Below are positions 48,085-57,578 of a DNA stretch of 64,000 nt, one piece after another (the first letter of the stretch is position 1; each line of letters begins with the position of its first letter). Below the pieces are notes generated by a model. The model was not told the DNA's origin. It ran no database searches and saw only the letters and a program-made list of their open reading frames with translations. The translations under genes and the position numbers were made by a program. The DNA is taken from NCBI GenBank assembly GCA_000830295.1, contig CP010425.1, forward strand, positions 806,884 through 870,883, in the 5' to 3' direction. The stretch is from an archaeon GW2011_AR15 (lineage in GTDB: Archaea > Nanobdellota > Nanobdellia > Woesearchaeales > GW2011-AR15).

Positions 48085-50052
48085 TTATTTATTAATTTCC
48101 CACCTGCTGTCCAGATAAACAATGCCTAAATCTCTTATCTCCCTGCTCTTTACTTCAAACGAGTATCTCTTATCATGCAGGTCATAAGGCGTGAATGAAT
48201 TATACGGATGGACAGCAGCACTAACCAGGTAGGTCCCTTCCAGCAAAGGCAGCTTATCTATGATATAGGAGACGCTCCCTTTTCCCTTAACATAGGGGAT
48301 TTCAATATTGTGGAATTTAGTATTCGGCCCTGTTATCTGCGTTCCGTCATCTCCATGGATTGTTATGCCGAAAACAGGCTTTTCAACCTTCTTTTCAGCA
48401 TCAAACATAATTTTTATCTTGACCTGTTCCCCGGTATAAAACAACTCTTTATGCTCTTCTTTTGAATCCAGAAAAACCACATTTGTTATCCTGACAGGTC
48501 TCTGTTCTTTCTCATCATCCTCTTTTACTGATATTGATAATTTTGTTAATTCTTTCCTAAATTCAAGCAATCTCTCCAGTTCTTTTTCTATTTTTTTCTT
48601 TTCAGCCGGTTTTGCCTCTTCTAGCTCAAGCTTATGCACACTAATTAGTTCATGCAGCTCGTGCAGATGTGTTCTTATAATACCGGATATCTGGTTCTCG
48701 TTATCTTCAGGGTCAAAATGCGGGACAGTTTTGAGCATATTTTTGCATTCTTTTATTGAATGGATTATAGAAGCAAACTCAGAGTTATCTATCCTGAGTG
48801 AGATCAGGAAGTCAAACATATATTTCCGCAGATAGACCGCGCTTGGCTTGTCAACATGATTGAATCCCTCTTTGTATCTGGCAAACACTCTGGAAATAAC
48901 TTCTTCCCTTTCCTTTTCTGCTGTCTGCAGCTGGACTTCCATCTCCAGCAGCCTTATTCCCAGAAGTATCTCTTCAAACTCAAAAGATTTTTTTGTAACA
49001 GCCTGCTTTATAGTCAGCGCTTCCTGCGCCTGCTTCAGGTTCTCCAGCAATTCCTTTTTCTGCTGGGGAGAGAAATTCTTTACTTTGTTTTCCAGCCAGA
49101 CATAATTCTTGTCAGGAAGAATGATAAGCATGTCGCACAGGTCAATAAGCTGTGATCTTAAGGTTGCTTCCCGATATCCCAATGATTCCAGCTGCTTTTC
49201 CAGCCTGCTTCCCATGAAACTGTCTATAATAGGGAGATTGATTTTTCTTTTCAGATCTTTTCTTAATTTTTGAGTTTCATCTGAAACTGAAAGATATGAT
49301 TTGAAATTCTTCTTCAGCAAAAAGTAATTGTAAACCCTTTCTGATTTTTCGCTGTGATTCAGATAATCCAGTATAACTTTCTGCGCAACTCCCTGGCTTT
49401 TCACGACTCCGTGCTCAAGAAAAATTGCCCTGTCACAGATTTCCCTTACTGTTGACATGTCATGGCTCACAATGACCATTGTTTTTCCCTGCTCTTTCAT
49501 TATCCTTATCCTGTTCAGGCTTTTTTTCTGGAATTCCTCATCACCAACTGCAAGAATCTCATCTATCAGGATCACTTCAGGGTTATTTGACATTGCTATT
49601 GCAAAAGCCAGCCTGAGCTTCATGCCTGTGGAGTAATCTTTAAGCTTGACATTGATGAATTTTTCAAGCTGCGAGAAGTCTACTATCCTGCTGAAATTCT
49701 TCTTTATCTCAGAAGTGCTCATCCCAAGTATTGAGCCATATAAAAAGACATTTTCCTTCCCAGTCAGTTCCTCCCTGAACCCAGAGCCTGTATCAAGGAA
49801 AGTCAGCACTTTTCCGTTTACTTTTACATTTCCTTTTGTCGGAGACAAAATTCCCGCGATTACCTTGAGAAGGGTTGTTTTTCCTGAGCCATTCGGGCCG
49901 ATTATGCCAAGGCACTCCCCTTTTTTCACAGCTAAATTAATGTTCTTCAGGGCATAGAAATCTTCTTTTTCTGATTTTCCAATAAGCATGCTGTCTTTTT
50001 CATGGATCAGGTTAAATTTCTTAGACACGTTTTTCAGTTCTACAGTATTCAT
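48085..50052 (-). CDS. wzt: ABC transporter ATP-binding protein, Wzt/TagH-type polysaccharide exporter ATPase with a long C-terminal extension
   Basis: Walker A GIIGPNGSGKTTLLKVIAG, signature LSGGMK-like YSTGMKLRLAFA, Walker B ILIDEILAVGDEEF. ~400-aa C-terminal region with a coiled coil and a terminal beta-rich domain. 4-nt overlap with the Wzm gene. Confidence 0.75.
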   Translation of the reverse strand: MNTVELKNVSKKFNLIHEKDSMLIGKSEKEDFYALKNINLAVKKGECLGIIGPNGSGKTTLLKVIAGILSPTKGNVKVNGKVLTFLDTGSGFREELTGKENVFLYGSILGMSTSEIKKNFSRIVDFSQLEKFINVKLKDYSTGMKLRLAFAIAMSNNPEVILIDEILAVGDEEFQKKSLNRIRIMKEQGKTMVIVSHDMSTVREICDRAIFLEHGVVKSQGVAQKVILDYLNHSEKSERVYNYFLLKKNFKSYLSVSDETQKLRKDLKRKINLPIIDSFMGSRLEKQLESLGYREATLRSQLIDLCDMLIILPDKNYVWLENKVKNFSPQQKKELLENLKQAQEALTIKQAVTKKSFEFEEILLGIRLLEMEVQLQTAEKEREEVISRVFARYKEGFNHVDKPSAVYLRKYMFDFLISLRIDNSEFASIIHSIKECKNMLKTVPHFDPEDNENQISGIIRTHLHELHELISVHKLELEEAKPAEKKKIEKELERLLEFRKELTKLSISVKEDDEKEQRPVRITNVVFLDSKEEHKELFYTGEQVKIKIMFDAEKKVEKPVFGITIHGDDGTQITGPNTKFHNIEIPYVKGKGSVSYIIDKLPLLEGTYLVSAAVHPYNSFTPYDLHDKRYSFEVKSREIRDLGIVYLDSRWEINK

Positions 50053-50675
50053 AATTTCTCACTTATATCCTTAGACATCTTGTCAAATACAAACAGCCCG
50101 AAAAGCAAGATGCTCATGCACAATATAAAAGTTATCATCAGCTGCTCAGGCAGATCAACATAGTCATATATGAAAATATTCCTTAAATGGCTTATTATCC
50201 TTGCCAGCGGGTTCAGCATATATATCCCCCTTATTGCCAGGGGTATAACCTGCTCGGAGTATATTATCGGGCTCAGCCAGAAGCCAATAAGGAGGAGAAA
50301 AGACCAGATATGGGCAGTGTCTTTGAAATTCAGGAAAGCTCCGGTTACAAGGAGCGAAACGCCTATAGTCAGTAGGAAAAGCATTGTCATATAAAATATC
50401 GATAGCAGTGCAATAAGCTTTATCTGGATGCCGAATACAATCAAAAGCATAAGAAACACAGCAAAGCTGAGCAGCAGGCCGACAAGGTTGCTCAGGCAGG
50501 AGCTTATAACAAAGATATATGGGCTGACTTTATGTTTCTTTAGAAGGTAGGAATTTTCCATGAGAGCACTGAGGCTATTGCTGGTCGCTTCAGAGAAATA
50601 GTTCCACACGAGTATACCAAGGAGCAGGAAGTGCTGGTAATGGGGCACATTCAGCTGCATGACATAAGTGAACAC
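50049..50675 (-). CDS. wzm: ABC-2 type transporter permease (Wzm-like)
   Basis: 208 aa, 5-6 TM helices, translationally coupled to wzt. An in-frame stop 14 codons upstream of the Met rules out a longer product. Confidence 0.6.
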   Translation of the reverse strand: MFTYVMQLNVPHYQHFLLLGILVWNYFSEATSNSLSALMENSYLLKKHKVSPYIFVISSCLSNLVGLLLSFAVFLMLLIVFGIQIKLIALLSIFYMTMLFLLTIGVSLLVTGAFLNFKDTAHIWSFLLLIGFWLSPIIYSEQVIPLAIRGIYMLNPLARIISHLRNIFIYDYVDLPEQLMITFILCMSILLFGLFVFDKMSKDISEKL

Positions 50676-50840
50676 TACATATAGTGTGACTAGCAGCAGT
50701 AGCGGGTTAAGTATTGACCAGACATAGCCGAAAAATGCATTCCTGTGCTTAAGCTTGAACTCATTTACAGCAAGCTGCCATATAAGCTCCAGATCCCTGA
50801 ATTTAACAAATGCTCTGATTGCACTCCCCCCGGCTTATGA

Positions 50841-51758
50841 TTATTTCCCTGAATTATAAAATTTTCTGACAGAATCTCTTTTCTTATTGATAAATCCCCC
50901 TTCCTTTTTTATCTCAGAGAGAGCTCTGGAAAAATATTTTATGAAGGAAACTCCTCTCCCAAGAAAAATTTTATTTTCTGTTTTTAGTTTTTTTGTGGCT
51001 CTGTCATATCCATGCCAGTTGAACCAGGCGAAATTCATGGCTCCATATATAAACGACTTAGCAATCGCTTTCTTTGTAAATGGGTTGTAGAGGCCAGATT
51101 TCTTTGCCAAATCCCCCAGTTTTTTGTATCCGTAAATGAGGTTCCTGACTTCGAGATAATACCTCTCACTGTAGTCAGTTTTTTCTTTGTTTTTGTGCGT
51201 GACCCTGGCATCTTCAATATACGATGCTGATAATCCTGCTAATCTGCATCTGATGAAAAAATCGTAATCCTCAAGATAAGTCCCGTAGAATTCATCAAAA
51301 TTCTCATCCAGCTTTTCAAGCGCATCTTTTTTTATCAGGAAGCAGCCGCTGATATGCGGATACTGTTTTTCAACCTCAAGAAGAGGGTACATTACCTGCC
51401 CGTTTTCATAAATAATTTTCGGAAAGACTATATCATAATCTTTTATTCCCTTTATCATCGTGGTTATTGTCGTCTTGTTGAGCCACATATCACTGTCTAT
51501 GAAAAGGAGGATATCACCGCCGGAATTCCTTACCCCGTTGTTTCTTGCAGCAGAAGCCCCTTTCGGCAGATTGAACCTTAGAACCCTTACAAGTGGGTAT
51601 CTCTTGTTTACCTCATTATACAGCCCGTCTGTGGAGCCGTCGTCGCAAAGTATTATCTCATAATCATGCTTGTTTATCCCTGCTGATGAATAGATGCTTT
51701 CCACAGTATTAAAAATTACAGGGGAGTTGCAGTTAGGGATGATTATGCTGAGTTTCAT
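50841..51758 (-). CDS. GT2-family glycosyltransferase
   Basis: MKLSIIIPNCNSPVIFNTVESI...ILCDDGSTDG and DSD motifs (GT-A). Confidence 0.7.
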   Translation of the reverse strand: MKLSIIIPNCNSPVIFNTVESIYSSAGINKHDYEIILCDDGSTDGLYNEVNKRYPLVRVLRFNLPKGASAARNNGVRNSGGDILLFIDSDMWLNKTTITTMIKGIKDYDIVFPKIIYENGQVMYPLLEVEKQYPHISGCFLIKKDALEKLDENFDEFYGTYLEDYDFFIRCRLAGLSASYIEDARVTHKNKEKTDYSERYYLEVRNLIYGYKKLGDLAKKSGLYNPFTKKAIAKSFIYGAMNFAWFNWHGYDRATKKLKTENKIFLGRGVSFIKYFSRALSEIKKEGGFINKKRDSVRKFYNSGK

Positions 51759-52909
51759 TTTATTCTTCTGTAGTATTCCTCAATTTTTTTTGCCTGCTTT
51801 TTGACACCATACTCTCCGGCAAATTTCTTTGCATAGCTGCTCATTTTATTCAGCTGTTTTTTGTCATTTAAAAGCTCACCTATCTTGTGTGCTACTTCAA
51901 TCTCTTTCTTTTCCAAAACACACCCGTTTTTCCCGTCTATAAATGAGGCAAGGGCATTTCTTTGGTGAGTTAGAGTAATTACAGGTAGTCCGCATCTCAT
52001 GGCCTCAAATGCAACGATGCTAAAGCCTTCAAGCTCTGACAGCAATACAAACAGTTTCGATGATTTCATGTAGCTGTAAACCTGTTTATGGTCTTTTGAA
52101 AAGCTCAGAATATCGACGTTTTTCTCAAGATCAAGAGTCCGTCTTATTTTTAGTAGTTTAATTGTTTCAGGACCATTTCCTATAATCAGGACTTTTATAA
52201 CAGGATTGTTTGCTTTCAGCAATGAGACAATCTTCAGCAAAAGGTCAAAATTCTTGTGCTTCATATGCCTGCCTATTGAAATTAAGTCATATTCTACTTC
52301 TGTTTTTTTGGCTTTGTCTATTTCTTTTGTATCAATCCAGTTCTCTATTGTTGCTATGTTTCTTCCTCCAATCTTCTTTAAATCATCTGCAACAGGCTTA
52401 GAAACACAGATATTATTCTTTGACAGCTTTGCAGCAGCCCTTTCTACAATCTTTCCAAAAAACCCAGTCATCCCAAATCCTGACCAGTATTTGCCCCATA
52501 TCTCGTGCCAGGTAACAACCAGCGGCTCTCTTTTGAGCAGAGAACAAAGCTTGCACGAAAAGGCAGGGAAATACGGGAAAGCAGTAACATCAATTATATC
52601 AAAATCATGCTTCATGAGCTCAAAGAAAAGAGCGAGAGAGTATTTTAGCGGCTCAAATGGTTTTCTTTTCCCTGTAAATTGATATTTTCCCTTATAGCTG
52701 GAGACTCCATGGATATAAAATCTTTCAGTTATCTTCTTAGTCTTTGACCCAGGCCACATCTTCACGCCGAAAAGATGGACTTCATGCCCCATAAGCACAA
52801 GCTGCTCTGCAAGGCTGAAATTCCTGTACTCAGCTCCGCCTATTGAAAAAGGATAGATGAGGTCATAGACAAGAGCAATTCTCATCTGCCTAATCCCTCT
52901 TTTCCACAA
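51755..52909 (-). CDS. GT4-family glycosyltransferase
   Basis: GT-B. C-terminal ...ELEGFSIVAFEAMRCGLPVITL... group-1 signature. Overlaps neighbours by 4 and 20 nt. Confidence 0.7.
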   Translation of the reverse strand: MWKRGIRQMRIALVYDLIYPFSIGGAEYRNFSLAEQLVLMGHEVHLFGVKMWPGSKTKKITERFYIHGVSSYKGKYQFTGKRKPFEPLKYSLALFFELMKHDFDIIDVTAFPYFPAFSCKLCSLLKREPLVVTWHEIWGKYWSGFGMTGFFGKIVERAAAKLSKNNICVSKPVADDLKKIGGRNIATIENWIDTKEIDKAKKTEVEYDLISIGRHMKHKNFDLLLKIVSLLKANNPVIKVLIIGNGPETIKLLKIRRTLDLEKNVDILSFSKDHKQVYSYMKSSKLFVLLSELEGFSIVAFEAMRCGLPVITLTHQRNALASFIDGKNGCVLEKKEIEVAHKIGELLNDKKQLNKMSSYAKKFAGEYGVKKQAKKIEEYYRRIK

Positions 52910-54008
52910 GCATCATGCTTATGAAAAATACCGAGAAGACAGTCTGCACACCTATAATGAACACACTGAGGATGAACAGTATCCATGCAGTATTAAGTGT
53001 TGTGAAAAGCCTTTGAAAGAACAGGAAAAATCCGGCCAGACCTAAAACAACAAGCCCCAATCCAAGAATTATCCCTCGTTCCAGCGGCACCTTTTTTGCT
53101 ATAAAATCAATTAGTTTATCCTCTTTCTCAAACCCAGTATGTATCGCGTATATCTTTGAATAAAGCCCAAGGTTCATCAGCTGGTAGCCAAGCACTGAAA
53201 ATGACGAGCCAAGTAGGGACATGTAAATGCTAACGTCCTGTCCGCTGATAAATAATGTTCCTGCCATCATTGCTCCCAGAATAAAGAAACCGGAAAGCAG
53301 CAGTAAGAGACCGGGAATAAAGAAAAGATAGGTCGGGCTGAACATCAGCATGAACCTCAGATGCCTCCAGCCGTCACTAAAACTCTTTAATTTTGATTCG
53401 CCAATTCTTGGAGAATAGGTTATCGGGACTTCTGTTATATCAAGGTTATTCTTTGCTGCCTTTATGATCATCTCAGAGGCGAATTCCATGCCTGTTGTCT
53501 TAAGGTTAAGGAAGAAGAGATAGTCTTTCCTTATTGCCCTGAATCCTGAATGGGCATCGCTTACTTTTGTCCTGAAAAAAACATTTAATAAAAACGACAG
53601 CAATGGGTTTCCTATGTACTTATGATGCCAGGGCATTGCCCCTTTCTTGATATTGCCTTTAAGCCTGCTTCCTATAACAAGATCATGGCCGTAGTCCAGC
53701 TGCTCTATAAGCAGAGGTATTTCTGAAAAATCATAGGTGCCGTCAGCATCTCCTATAACAATGTAAGTCCCCTTTGCCTTGTGCATGGCTTCAATAATGG
53801 CTATCCCATATCCTTTCTTATTGTGCCTTACAAGCTTCACTCCATGCCTTTTTGCTATTTCAGGGGAGCTGTCTGTTGATGAGTCAGAGACAATAATCTC
53901 GTAATCCAGCCTTTCCCTGTCAAGGCTTTTCTTTATCTGCCTGATGCAGCCAGCTAAAGTCCTCTCCTCATCCCTGCAGGGCAGGATAACAGATACATTA
54001 ACCCCCAT
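52890..54008 (-). CDS. Polyprenyl-phosphate glycosyltransferase (GT2, DPM1/GtrB-like) with C-terminal TM helices
   Basis: VSVILPCRDEERTL...IIVSDSSTDSS...IVIGDADGTYD GT-A motifs, followed by 4 TM helices. Architecture of dolichol-phosphate sugar synthases. Confidence 0.7.
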   Translation of the reverse strand: MGVNVSVILPCRDEERTLAGCIRQIKKSLDRERLDYEIIVSDSSTDSSPEIAKRHGVKLVRHNKKGYGIAIIEAMHKAKGTYIVIGDADGTYDFSEIPLLIEQLDYGHDLVIGSRLKGNIKKGAMPWHHKYIGNPLLSFLLNVFFRTKVSDAHSGFRAIRKDYLFFLNLKTTGMEFASEMIIKAAKNNLDITEVPITYSPRIGESKLKSFSDGWRHLRFMLMFSPTYLFFIPGLLLLLSGFFILGAMMAGTLFISGQDVSIYMSLLGSSFSVLGYQLMNLGLYSKIYAIHTGFEKEDKLIDFIAKKVPLERGIILGLGLVVLGLAGFFLFFQRLFTTLNTAWILFILSVFIIGVQTVFSVFFISMMLVEKRD

Positions 54009-54060
54009 AGGCTCCTGGATTACCCCCTAATATATAAATGTTTGAGAAAAAATAAAACAG

Positions 54061-55044
54061 CTATTTCAGGTCTTTCTTCAGCTTTTCAATAATTTCTACA
54101 GGCGTCGGATCCCTGTCATACTCCATTGCCAGATAATAGGCAAAGAAAAGGCCCATCCAGATGCTTGAGAAAAGCCTTGCAAGAAGGGTATTCCCTACAA
54201 AATTTACCTCAGCAACAGGGACCTTGTATTCTTTAAGCAGTTTCCTGAATATTCCAATTCTCTTCTTGATTTTTGGGTGGTAGTCATCATAGCTTAATAT
54301 CAGCGGCTTGAATATCTCCTGGTTGTACTGGTAGGCGCATATCTCATTGTGGTTGAATTCCGGGAGCACATTATAGAAAGCATGTGTCTTTGCGTTCTCA
54401 TTTATATCCGTCTTCCATTTTTCGGCAATGCAGAAAAATTCCTGGGCAGAATAGATAATCGGGATTTTGTTCCTGTATTTGCCGGCAAGCTCTTTCCCGG
54501 TTTTCTCTATACTGCCTGCTGATGATTCAAGCTCGGCTACGCATTTCTTCACCAGCTCCCCCTGGTCTTCTATTATTCCTGAATAGCTAAGCACATTTAA
54601 TACAGAAATGAAAAGATAAGGAGTAGACAGCCTGGGCTGGATTCCACCGGGAATTGATATGTGGGGATTCTTGTTCAGTTCTGCCAGCTCTTTTAATTTT
54701 CCGCCAGAAGATATGCTTATTATATTGCATCCTCGCCTTATGGCTGTCCTGTAGGCAGAGATGGTTTCTTCTGTATTCCCAGAATATGAAATTGCAAAAA
54801 TAAGGCTTTTCCGTCCTATGAACTTGGGCAGGTTATAATTCTTTACAACATGCACGGGTATTGCGACATCATTCAGATAGGCTTTCAGAAGGTCTCCGGT
54901 GTAGCCGCTTCCGCCCATCCCTATAACAACTATACTTTCCACAAATTCTTTCTGGAAATTCATGTCCTCTCCCAGCTTGGCAGCGCTTTCAAGCATTGCC
55001 GGGAATTTTCTTAGAACATCAATCATATTTTCTTTATCAGCCAT
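54061..55044 (-). CDS. Bifunctional phosphoglucose/phosphomannose isomerase (SIS-domain PGI/PMI family)
   Basis: VVIGMGGSGYTGDLLKAYL and FAISYSGNTEETI SIS motifs. 327 aa. Confidence 0.7.
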   Translation of the reverse strand: MADKENMIDVLRKFPAMLESAAKLGEDMNFQKEFVESIVVIGMGGSGYTGDLLKAYLNDVAIPVHVVKNYNLPKFIGRKSLIFAISYSGNTEETISAYRTAIRRGCNIISISSGGKLKELAELNKNPHISIPGGIQPRLSTPYLFISVLNVLSYSGIIEDQGELVKKCVAELESSAGSIEKTGKELAGKYRNKIPIIYSAQEFFCIAEKWKTDINENAKTHAFYNVLPEFNHNEICAYQYNQEIFKPLILSYDDYHPKIKKRIGIFRKLLKEYKVPVAEVNFVGNTLLARLFSSIWMGLFFAYYLAMEYDRDPTPVEIIEKLKKDLK

Positions 55045-55062
55045 ATAACCACCAAATCTGCA

Positions 55063-55572
55063 TTATGTTATAAATTTATTCATATTAAGAAAACTGTGTA
55101 TTTCATTCTTCAATTCTACAGCATCGCTCTTCACCATGCCTGCAAAATCTTTTCCAGGAGAGCTGAACAGCATTTTGTCGAAAATTGTTTTTATGAAAAC
55201 ATATTCCGGCCTTGCATCCCACTTGCCTCTTATGTCCTGAAGCACAAATGCGTCAACAACAGCGCTCACCCTGCCTTTGTTGAGGGTGACTTCAATCCCG
55301 TCAATTTTTTTCTTGACATCCGTCATGTCCCTTATGTCAAGCCAGAGCTGCACTTCAAGCTTGTTTGATTTGACAGGCTTAAAAGGCCTCAGCCTCAGGC
55401 TTACCTGCCTGCCTGCCTTGCTTACCTCCTCCTTGTGGTTTATGACATGCTTTGTATATCCCTTTTTCTTGAAAAAAGAATCTATCATGACTACAAGTTC
55501 CGGAAAGCTGAATATCCCGGTGTAGCTTGTTGACATGCCCTGCGCAACTGTCTGTATTTCATCCCTTATCAT
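55063..55572 (-). CDS. Uncharacterised ~170-aa protein, tandem paralog A of 3
   Basis: Shares a pattern with the next two ORFs (N-terminal ...Y.GIFSF.ELV..ID.FF..K...K; C-terminal EL..E..SFLNMN.F). Family not recognised. Confidence 0.45.
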   Translation of the reverse strand: MIRDEIQTVAQGMSTSYTGIFSFPELVVMIDSFFKKKGYTKHVINHKEEVSKAGRQVSLRLRPFKPVKSNKLEVQLWLDIRDMTDVKKKIDGIEVTLNKGRVSAVVDAFVLQDIRGKWDARPEYVFIKTIFDKMLFSSPGKDFAGMVKSDAVELKNEIHSFLNMNKFIT

Positions 55573-55574
55573 TT

Positions 55575-56090
55575 TTATTTCTCATATAGGAACCTGTTGA
55601 GGTTGAGATAGCTGGAAAGCTCTGTTTTTAGTTCATTTATGACGTGTTTTGACACATTGTCCCAGTAAGCTATCCTTGCTCTTGCAAGGTATTTTTCATA
55701 TATGACCTTAAAGAGGAAATAGAAGGGCTTTGTGTCCGGGAAAAGGCCGAAATACTCAGTCTGGAGAAAAGCATCGAAAGTTATGGAAAGCCTTCCGTGC
55801 CCGGTCTTGACTTTGTTTCCGTCCACCTCAATTTCAGTTTCCTTGTATTCATTCACATAAATCCAGAGCCTTGTCTGCAGCCTGATATAGGAGTCTGTTT
55901 TTTTGTAATACTCTGTTTTCAGGTGGAAATACTTTCCCTTTGCAGTCTGGTATTCCTCATCAAACACAATTTTCTTATCAAAGGCTTTTGTCCTGAAGTA
56001 TTTGTCAATAATCCTGACTAATTCCCTTACGCTGAACAGTCCCTCATAAGTCAGCTGCTCTGCGACAACAGTGCTGTATATTTCAGTCAT
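55575..56090 (-). CDS. Uncharacterised ~170-aa protein, tandem paralog B of 3
   Basis: Similar length and motif pattern (YEGLFSVRELVRIIDKYFRTK..., ...ELKTELSSYLNLNRF) to 55063-55572. Confidence 0.45.
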   Translation of the reverse strand: MTEIYSTVVAEQLTYEGLFSVRELVRIIDKYFRTKAFDKKIVFDEEYQTAKGKYFHLKTEYYKKTDSYIRLQTRLWIYVNEYKETEIEVDGNKVKTGHGRLSITFDAFLQTEYFGLFPDTKPFYFLFKVIYEKYLARARIAYWDNVSKHVINELKTELSSYLNLNRFLYEK

Positions 56091-56118
56091 AGCTTACAAC
56101 ACCTATCATAGTTCTAAT

Positions 56119-56295
56119 ATGCATTTGTAGCACTCTCGGCATCAGCTGGTTACGCTCCCCTAAAAAATCAAAGATTTTTGGGGCCCCGAAAAACAAATCG
56201 TTTTTCGAGGGGGTTGGCACGCAAAACCCAGTGCTATTCAATTTCATTGAACAGCACGCTGTAAAGTTATTAGTAAGCATTTGTAGCACTCTCCA
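56119..56295. repeat. 18-19-nt direct repeat (agcatttgtagcactctc) duplicating the 3' end (ESATNAY-stop) of the 56270-56785 gene, flanking a ~140-bp insert with a hairpin
   Basis: Copies at 56119-56137 and 56277-56295. Both encode ESATNAY* on the minus strand. The insert contains the hairpin ccccgaaaaac-aaatc-gtttttcgaggggg at 56184-56213. Confidence 0.6.
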
Positions 56296-56785
56296 TATCC
56301 AGGAATTTTTTGACATCATTCATGAAGTCATATAGGTAATAATCGAGGTAGTCAAAATACTTCAGCAGGACTTCGTGGTAAAGCACTTTATCCACAAGGA
56401 ATTTTTCAATTTTCTTCAGTCCAGGGGATTTTTCAAAATCACCGTCATAATCAAGTATAAACCCCCCGTTTATTATGATTTTCATCCTCCCTTCTGTGAG
56501 ATGCATCACTTTGTCGTTTCTCAAAACTTCAACAGGCTTTGCCTCCCATATCCAGACCTCAGGCAGCAGCATAAGCATTGCGTAGAAGCTAATCTTCTTT
56601 TTGCCCACCATCTTATGGATCCTGTAAGGTGGGTAGTCCCATATCTTTGTTTCATAGAAGTCAAAATCATGGTCTTTTATCCACTTGGCCATGTATTTAT
56701 ACAGGCCGTCAAAGTCAAAGATTCCCTTGTACTTGATAGTCCTGTGAAACCCGTATTTACTGTAATCTGCAAGTCCCGTGTACAT
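56270..56785 (-). CDS. Uncharacterised ~170-aa protein, tandem paralog C of 3 (more divergent)
   Basis: Same size and position in the array. YKGIFDFDGLYKYMAKWIKD parallels the GIF-F..L motif of A and B. Confidence 0.4.
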   Translation of the reverse strand: MYTGLADYSKYGFHRTIKYKGIFDFDGLYKYMAKWIKDHDFDFYETKIWDYPPYRIHKMVGKKKISFYAMLMLLPEVWIWEAKPVEVLRNDKVMHLTEGRMKIIINGGFILDYDGDFEKSPGLKKIEKFLVDKVLYHEVLLKYFDYLDYYLYDFMNDVKKFLDMESATNAY

Positions 56786-56903
56786 TTCAGTATATAAATA
56801 AGTATACTGGTTTATTAAATTTTTCTTTTATAGGGAAATTTAATATTCAAAAATCTCCTGATTTTTGTTTTATATAATTTTTGCTTTATCTTCGTGAATA
56901 CTA

Positions 56904-57082
56904 GAATCAATGGTAGGTTGTCCTGCTTCCAAGCTGATATCTTGTCATCTGCCTTATACCGCATCAAGCCTTTAATAAGCCTTGAGGGAAACATATTAAG
57001 GACTACATTACTGCGTAAGTAGTCCGAAGAATCAATGATAAGTTGTCCTGCTTCCAAGCTGATATCTTGTCATCTGCCTTAT
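56904..57082. repeat. ~55-nt direct repeat duplicating the 3' end of the 57032-57577 gene, flanking a ~70-bp insert with a hairpin
   Basis: Copies at 56904-56958 and 57027-57082 (gaatcaatgGTAgGTTGTCCTGCTTCCAAGCTGATATCTTGTCATCTGCCTTATA, 2 mismatches). The insert contains the inverted repeat ggactac-attactgcgtaa-gtagtcc at 57000-57025. Confidence 0.65.
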
Positions 57083-57577
57083 ATCCATCTCGCCTTTTTC
57101 AGGATGGAGTATGTGCAGGACTTCGTGAGTGAGCACTTCCTGGTATTCGCTTCCCATTAGGGAATCCAGGATTTCTATGTAATTGCTGTGGATGAAAGCC
57201 CTGCCGAGGACGCCGTTCCCAAGAGTATTTTGTGAGACCCTCCTGACAATAACGCCTGAAGGTGCAAAAAGACCATAATCTTTTTCTTCCTGCTTCTCGC
57301 TTATTGCATATTCAGTCCAGACCGGCTCTCTCTTATCCTGTTTTGTATAAACATAATAAAAGTCTCTGCTTACCTCGTAAAGAAGTATATTGTGCTTTGG
57401 ATCTGGCAGGTCAACAAGCAGTACTTGCTCTTCAAGTTCCTTTATGCTGATGTTCCTGTTTTCAGGGATAAAAACAAATGCCTTTTTCTCTTCAGTCTGC
57501 TTTGCAAGGCTCTCGAGTATTTCATCAAGAGAGAATTTACTTTGTTTGCCTGAAAATACTCTCTCTTTGAGCTTCAT
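57032..57577 (-). CDS. Putative zinc metalloprotease-like protein (HExxH motif)
   Basis: HEVLHILHPEKGE (HExxH...E) near the C-terminus. 181 aa. Start abuts the stop of the upstream NTase gene. Confidence 0.4.
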   Translation of the reverse strand: MKLKERVFSGKQSKFSLDEILESLAKQTEEKKAFVFIPENRNISIKELEEQVLLVDLPDPKHNILLYEVSRDFYYVYTKQDKREPVWTEYAISEKQEEKDYGLFAPSGVIVRRVSQNTLGNGVLGRAFIHSNYIEILDSLMGSEYQEVLTHEVLHILHPEKGEMDIRQMTRYQLGSRTTYH

Positions 57578-57578
57578 T

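Noticed and set aside
50049-50838. Longer Wzm permease using an upstream alternative start
   Set aside because: An in-frame stop (TAA) lies 14 codons upstream of the Met with no ATG, GTG or TTG in between, so the 208-aa product stands.
56904-57082. Possible mini-CRISPR (two ~55-nt direct repeats)
   Set aside because: There are only two copies. The 'spacer' is ~70 bp and hairpin-forming, and one repeat copy is the coding 3' end of a gene. There are no cas genes. I interpret it as a target-site or 3'-end duplication instead.
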